A stretch of 64,000 nt of DNA from Myxococcota bacterium (GTDB lineage: Bacteria > Myxococcota_A > UBA796 > UBA9615 > JAKLKC01). This document shows, one piece after another, positions 59,562 to 64,000 of the stretch (within the stretch, counting starts at the first letter, position 1; each line of letters opens with the position of its first letter). Location of the stretch: assembly GCA_023150875.1 (NCBI GenBank), contig JAKLKC010000038.1, positions 2,408 through 66,407 of the forward strand. Direction: 5' to 3'. The notes beneath the pieces are model-generated. The model saw nothing but the letters and a program-made list of their open reading frames with translations, made no database searches and was not told the DNA's origin. The translations under genes and the position numbers were made by a program.

Positions 59562-60637
59562 CCTCCTGTCCGACCCACGCCCCCCGGGTCACCGTCGTCC
59601 TTTCCGTGCACAACGACGCGGACTACATCGGCCAGGCGGTGCGGAGCGTCCTGGACCAGAGCTTCCGCGCGCTGGAGCTGCTGGTCTTCGACGACGGGTC
59701 CACGGACGGGACCGGCGACGTGCTGGCGTCGTTCTCCGACCCGCGGCTGGTCGTCGTCCGGGACGGCATCAACCTGGGCCAGGCGGAGCGCGGACGCCAG
59801 GGCTTCGCCCGGGCTCGGGGGGAGTACGTCGCCCGGATGGACGCTGACGAGGTCGCCCTCCCCCGCCGGCTGGAGCGCCAGGTGGCCCTCCTCGACGCGT
59901 GTCCCGGGATCGGGGTGATCGGTTCCCCGGGGGGGCGCATCGACCCCCTGGGGCGGCCCCTCGGCCGGTGGCCCGTCCCCAGGGGCCCCGCCGCCGTACG
60001 ATTCGCGAGCATTCTCTACTCCCCCTTCCTCCACACCTCCGTCCTCGTCCGAAAGAGCGTCCTCCAGGCCCATGGGATCACCTATGACAGCTCCCTCGAC
60101 GCGTCGGAAGACTACGACCTGTTCGCCCGCCTGCTGGAGGTCACGTCGGGTGAGAACCTGCCGCGACCCGAGGTGCTGACCCGGGTGCGGGTCGGGCTGA
60201 CCTCCCGCCATCGGGAAACTCAGCTCCTCCGAGCGGACGAGATCGCCCTCCGGACCATCCGCGCCGCCCTCCCCGACGCACCCGTAGGGCCCGGGGAGGT
60301 CTCCGCCCTGCGCGAACTCCTGGTCGCCCCTCTGCATCCGCGGGTCTTCTCCAGCGGGGAGGCCGCGGACATCGCCGAGATCCACCTCGACCTCCTCGAT
60401 CGCTTCGTGGGGCGCCACGGGCCCTTCAACGCGGCCCAGTTGCGTGCCCTGCGAAGGGAGGAGGCGCTCCTCCTCGCCCGCGCCAGCATCCGGGTGCGTC
60501 CGGGGAGGGAGTGGGCTCGGATCCTGGTCCGGGCGATGCGCCTCGACCCGGCTCTGCCGGCGAGGGCGGCGACCGAGGCCGCCCTCCAGGTGGGACCCCG
60601 GGGGATCTCCCGTGTCCGGACGCTCCTGGGCGGCTGA
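59558..60637 (+). CDS. GT2 glycosyltransferase
   Basis: DDGSTDGT, ARMDADE, RLERQ, EDYDL. Confidence 0.88.
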   Translation: MTSCPTHAPRVTVVLSVHNDADYIGQAVRSVLDQSFRALELLVFDDGSTDGTGDVLASFSDPRLVVVRDGINLGQAERGRQGFARARGEYVARMDADEVALPRRLERQVALLDACPGIGVIGSPGGRIDPLGRPLGRWPVPRGPAAVRFASILYSPFLHTSVLVRKSVLQAHGITYDSSLDASEDYDLFARLLEVTSGENLPRPEVLTRVRVGLTSRHRETQLLRADEIALRTIRAALPDAPVGPGEVSALRELLVAPLHPRVFSSGEAADIAEIHLDLLDRFVGRHGPFNAAQLRALRREEALLLARASIRVRPGREWARILVRAMRLDPALPARAATEAALQVGPRGISRVRTLLGG

Positions 60638-60682
60638 GGCCGCTGCCGGCCGAGGGCGGATACCACCCTGCTCTCCCAGTGT

Positions 60683-61930
60683 TCACGAGGAGAGAGGGCG
60701 CAGGAGTCCTCGATAGATCTCCAGGTAGTCTTCAGCCATCACCCCGACGGTGCGCCCCGCCGCCGCCTCCCGAGCGGCCCGACGCATCGCCCCGAGGCGG
60801 TCCGGGGAGGCGGCCAGGAGGGCGAGGGCGTCCGCCAGGGCGCGGGGATCCGCCGGGGGGACGAGGATCCCCGTCTTCCCGTCCTCCACCATCTCCGGCA
60901 GCCCACCGATCCGGGTGGCGACCACCGCCAGACCCGCGCCCATGGCCTCCAGGACCGCCACGGGCGCGTTTTCGTACCACGACGGGGGCAGCGCGAGACA
61001 CTGGGACCGTCCCAGCAGGTCCGCCTTGGCCCTCTCGTCCAGGAACCCCACGCCGCGGATCCGAGGATCCCGCCTCGCCGCTCGCTCCACCGCTCCGGTC
61101 ATGGGCCCCGTGCCGGCGACCTCGAGGCGCACGCCCAGGTCCCGGGGGATCCGGGCCATGGCGTCCAGGAGCACGCCGACCCCCTTGTGCTCGCTGACCT
61201 GCCCCAGAAACGCCACGCCCAGCCCCGGAGCCGGCGGCGCGGCGAGCCCCCCGCCGTCGACGAAGGCCGCCGAGGGGATCCCGTTTCGGACGACCTCGCC
61301 GCGTCGGGGGACGAGCCCGTCGGCGCGGTGGCGCTCCAGCACGAAACGCGATGGCGCACAGAAGACGTCCACGTCCGGCACGCGCCCGGCATACCAGGAG
61401 CGCCACATCCGGCAGGGCAGAGGCGCCGCGTCGCACCGGGCCCCCGAGGCGTGGAGCAGCGTCGCCCGCAGGCACAACAGGTGGTAGTCGTGGGCGGTGT
61501 GGACCACCGGGATCCCCCTGCGCCGGGCGGCCCACCATGCCGCGGGGGAGAAGCCGTCGATGTTGTGGGTGTGCACGACGGCGGGCCGTGACCGGTCCAG
61601 GATGTCCAGGAGCCGATGCGCCGCCCGCGGGTTCCAGGCATCCACCGCGTGCCAGGCAGCGCGCTTCACGATCGGTTGGTCGCGGTCGAATCCCCAGTAA
61701 AGGTTCAGGCCCCCCAGGCGCACGACGCGCACCCCGGACACCCACTCCTCCGTGGAGGTGGCCGCCGGCCCCGTCGTCACCACCGTCACCCGGTGGCCCC
61801 TCCGCGCGACCTCCTCGGCGAGGCGGGCGGCGATGACCTCGGCGCCTCCGATCACGTGGGGCGGGTAAAGGTTGCTGATGTACAGGATGTCCAGGGGCCC
61901 CTCGGAGCCGGATCCGCCCGGAGCGCTCAC
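60683..61930 (-). CDS. GT4 glycosyltransferase
   Basis: YPPHVIGGAE, HTAHDY, RNGI, KG, ENAPVAVLEAM, GGLPE. Confidence 0.9.
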   Translation of the reverse strand: MSAPGGSGSEGPLDILYISNLYPPHVIGGAEVIAARLAEEVARRGHRVTVVTTGPAATSTEEWVSGVRVVRLGGLNLYWGFDRDQPIVKRAAWHAVDAWNPRAAHRLLDILDRSRPAVVHTHNIDGFSPAAWWAARRRGIPVVHTAHDYHLLCLRATLLHASGARCDAAPLPCRMWRSWYAGRVPDVDVFCAPSRFVLERHRADGLVPRRGEVVRNGIPSAAFVDGGGLAAPPAPGLGVAFLGQVSEHKGVGVLLDAMARIPRDLGVRLEVAGTGPMTGAVERAARRDPRIRGVGFLDERAKADLLGRSQCLALPPSWYENAPVAVLEAMGAGLAVVATRIGGLPEMVEDGKTGILVPPADPRALADALALLAASPDRLGAMRRAAREAAAGRTVGVMAEDYLEIYRGLLRPLSS

Positions 61931-63510
61931 GGGCGCCTCCTGAACACCGAGACCTGGCCGCCGTCGGGGAGCGGGTAGGTGCGGAAGGGCTCGAAGCCGT
62001 CGGGGGCGGGCGGCGTGGTGGTGGCGCGGATCGCCAGGAAGGAGGCGCGCTCCCGGTCCCCCGCGGGCTCCAGGGCGTGGGCCGAGGTCACGCGGACGGG
62101 GTAGAACGCCTCGTACCAGGCCATGGCCCAGCCGTTGAACCAGAGGGTGTCGTCGCCGACGTACCAGAGGTCCTTGCCGGGGGAGGGATCGGCGGCGACG
62201 TCCCGGAAGATCGCCTCCAGCCGCCAGTCCTCGCCGCTGGGGGGGCCGATGATGTAGCCCCGCTGGGCGAAGACCACCACCGGGTGGGGGCCGATCCTCA
62301 CCCCTGGCAGCTCCACGCGGGCGGGCAGGCCGGGGATCCCGAAGCTGATGGCCACGAACGAGACCGCGCACCACCCCGAGAGAGCCGCCGTCGCCACCCG
62401 CCTGGGCAAGGGGCGCAGCGAGGCCACCCAGGCCGCCGCCAGGACCCCCGCGCCCACCACCAGGGGCAGGGTGTAACGGGCGTCCTTGTTGGGCACGCAG
62501 GTCAGCAGGCCGTAGCTCCCCGCCGCCATCCACAGCAGGGGCGCGGCGCGGCGGCGCCTCTGCCCATCGGCGAGGACCCAGCCCAGCCCTGCCACCGCCG
62601 CCAGGGCCGGGACGAGGTGACTCTGGTTTCCCACGAAGTTCCCCGCGTACCAGAGCATCGAGGCAAGGCTCAGGACCTGGGGATCCCCCTCCGCCACCGC
62701 GGCGACCGACGCCGAGTGGGCCGCGTCGGCCCGGAGGAACGGGAGGTTCCGCGCGTACCAGTAGCCTCCCAGGGGCAGGGCGACCGCGGCGGCCAGGGCG
62801 GCGTTGACGGTCCGCGCCCGTCCCCCCTCCGCCCGGTCCAGGCGCACCGCCCGGACCAGCTCCCACGCCGCCGGCGCCACCAGGAAGAGGCAGAACGTCC
62901 ACTTGACGAGCATCCCCAGCCCCGAGGCCAGGCCGAAGAGGAGGGACGGTCCCCGGGCGGCGAGGCCCCGGCTGCGGACCAGGGCCAGGAGGGCGGCGGC
63001 CACCATCGCCGCGAGGGGCGCGTCGAGCTGGAACTCCTTGAGCTGGGTCACCATCATGGGCGAGCCCAGGACGAACAGGACCGCGAGGGCCCCCGCTCCC
63101 GGCCCGGCGAGGGAGCGGCCGAGGCCGTAGGTCGCCGCCGCGAGCAGGGTCAGCCACACGACGTTCCCGGCGACCGCCGCCTCCACGCTGGTGCCCAGCA
63201 GGGCGTAGAAGGGAACGGCCACCCAGTAGACCAGCGGCGGGTAGTAGAGATAGGCGAGCAGCGCGTCGCCGATCCTGCCGTTCTCGGCGTAGGCCTGGTA
63301 GACGAGGCTGTTCCACAGGTGCCGCCCCATGTCCCAGTGGGGAGGCCGGGTCTCGGCGACGATCCAGGCGGCGTTGGCGGCGAACACGGCCGCGCACGCG
63401 GCGACGACGACCAGGCGGGCGAGACGGTCCGCGGGCCCGGGGGGAACCCGCTTGCCCTCCTTCGCCTCCTCCGCCGCCACGTCCCCCTCGGGCCGTCCGT
63501 TCGCCTGCAT
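61927..63510 (-). CDS. GT-C membrane glycosyltransferase (ArnT/PMT-like)
   Basis: PPHWD, YYPPL, multiple TMs, GMLVK, NKDARY. Confidence 0.8.
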   Translation of the reverse strand: MQANGRPEGDVAAEEAKEGKRVPPGPADRLARLVVVAACAAVFAANAAWIVAETRPPHWDMGRHLWNSLVYQAYAENGRIGDALLAYLYYPPLVYWVAVPFYALLGTSVEAAVAGNVVWLTLLAAATYGLGRSLAGPGAGALAVLFVLGSPMMVTQLKEFQLDAPLAAMVAAALLALVRSRGLAARGPSLLFGLASGLGMLVKWTFCLFLVAPAAWELVRAVRLDRAEGGRARTVNAALAAAVALPLGGYWYARNLPFLRADAAHSASVAAVAEGDPQVLSLASMLWYAGNFVGNQSHLVPALAAVAGLGWVLADGQRRRRAAPLLWMAAGSYGLLTCVPNKDARYTLPLVVGAGVLAAAWVASLRPLPRRVATAALSGWCAVSFVAISFGIPGLPARVELPGVRIGPHPVVVFAQRGYIIGPPSGEDWRLEAIFRDVAADPSPGKDLWYVGDDTLWFNGWAMAWYEAFYPVRVTSAHALEPAGDRERASFLAIRATTTPPAPDGFEPFRTYPLPDGGQVSVFRRRP

Positions 63511-63673
63511 CGAGCCACGCTCCCGGGCCGCGCTCCGCCGCGGTTCACGGGGGGATGCGGGGCCCGAGGAGGGACGGTACTCCGGGGGTCGGCGGGGAGG
63601 CAACGCGCGGCCGCGGGCCGGGCCTACGGACCGGCCGGAGGCCCGCCGTCCGAGCGGCGGAGTCTGTCTCCGA

Positions 63674-64000
63674 TCACAGGTCGGGAAAGTCCCCCTGGTC
63701 CCTCTTGCGCGCGAACGCCTCCGCCCTGCCCTCGTCCACGCCCCACGCCACGGCGTTCATGGGACCGAGGCCCTTCAGGATCTCGCGCAGGGAAGCCTCC
63801 AGCACCCGCCTCTCCTCCTCGGGCAGGTCTGCGAAGAACGCGGCGGAGAACGCATTCATGTCGACCGGACCGCCCGCCAGGGCGGCGGCGACCAGGGCGC
63901 TGACGGCCCCCTCCACCCGCGGCCTCTCGCGCACCTCCACCCCTCTCGGCATCCGGCGCGTGGCGACGGCGGCGGCGTAGGACGGGGCGGCCCGCGCGTA
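63674..64000 (-). CDS. hypothetical protein, C-terminal part only
   Basis: The frame stays open to the window edge and ends ...RDQGDFPDL*. Confidence 0.5.
   Translation of the reverse strand, partial: YARAAPSYAAAVATRRMPRGVEVRERPRVEGAVSALVAAALAGGPVDMNAFSAAFFADLPEEERRVLEASLREILKGLGPMNAVAWGVDEGRAEAFARKRDQGDFPDL

Overview
Very GC-rich bacterial chromosome segment. It is most consistent with Myxococcota/Deltaproteobacteria, based on a TIGR02266-type PilZ protein, a sigma54-driven type IV pilin, and Asp-rich and FG-GAP lipoproteins. About 50 genes can be supported. Left end: an internally deleted integron integrase, followed on the same strand by a lower-GC PLD/HKD nuclease-like gene that runs off the window and is absent from the ORF track. 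Next come an MBL-hydrolase/lipid-kinase fusion, a TetR-cupredoxin-PLP enzyme fusion-GMC oxidoreductase cluster, a hicB-hicA-like pair, a hutH-hisS run, tatBC, a carboxylase/methylmalonyl-CoA mutase cluster, pilA, a TPP enzyme, RNase P RNA and a large Ig/FG-GAP lipoprotein. The best candidate for an undescribed system is a tight three-gene minus-strand operon (42.4-49.3 kb). It encodes an OmpA-domain protein, a secreted beta-propeller/single-TM/cytoplasmic STAND-like NTPase receptor, and a second STAND-like NTPase with winged-helix-like C-terminal modules. This looks like a kinase-free transmembrane signalling pair. Right end: a pseudaminic acid locus (pseB, pseC, pseF-like, pseG, pseI) with a formyltransferase and no visible pseH, plus a flippase and glycosyltransferases. 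No tRNA, rRNA or CRISPR array was seen. All calls come from motif recognition by eye, and several start codons are best guesses.
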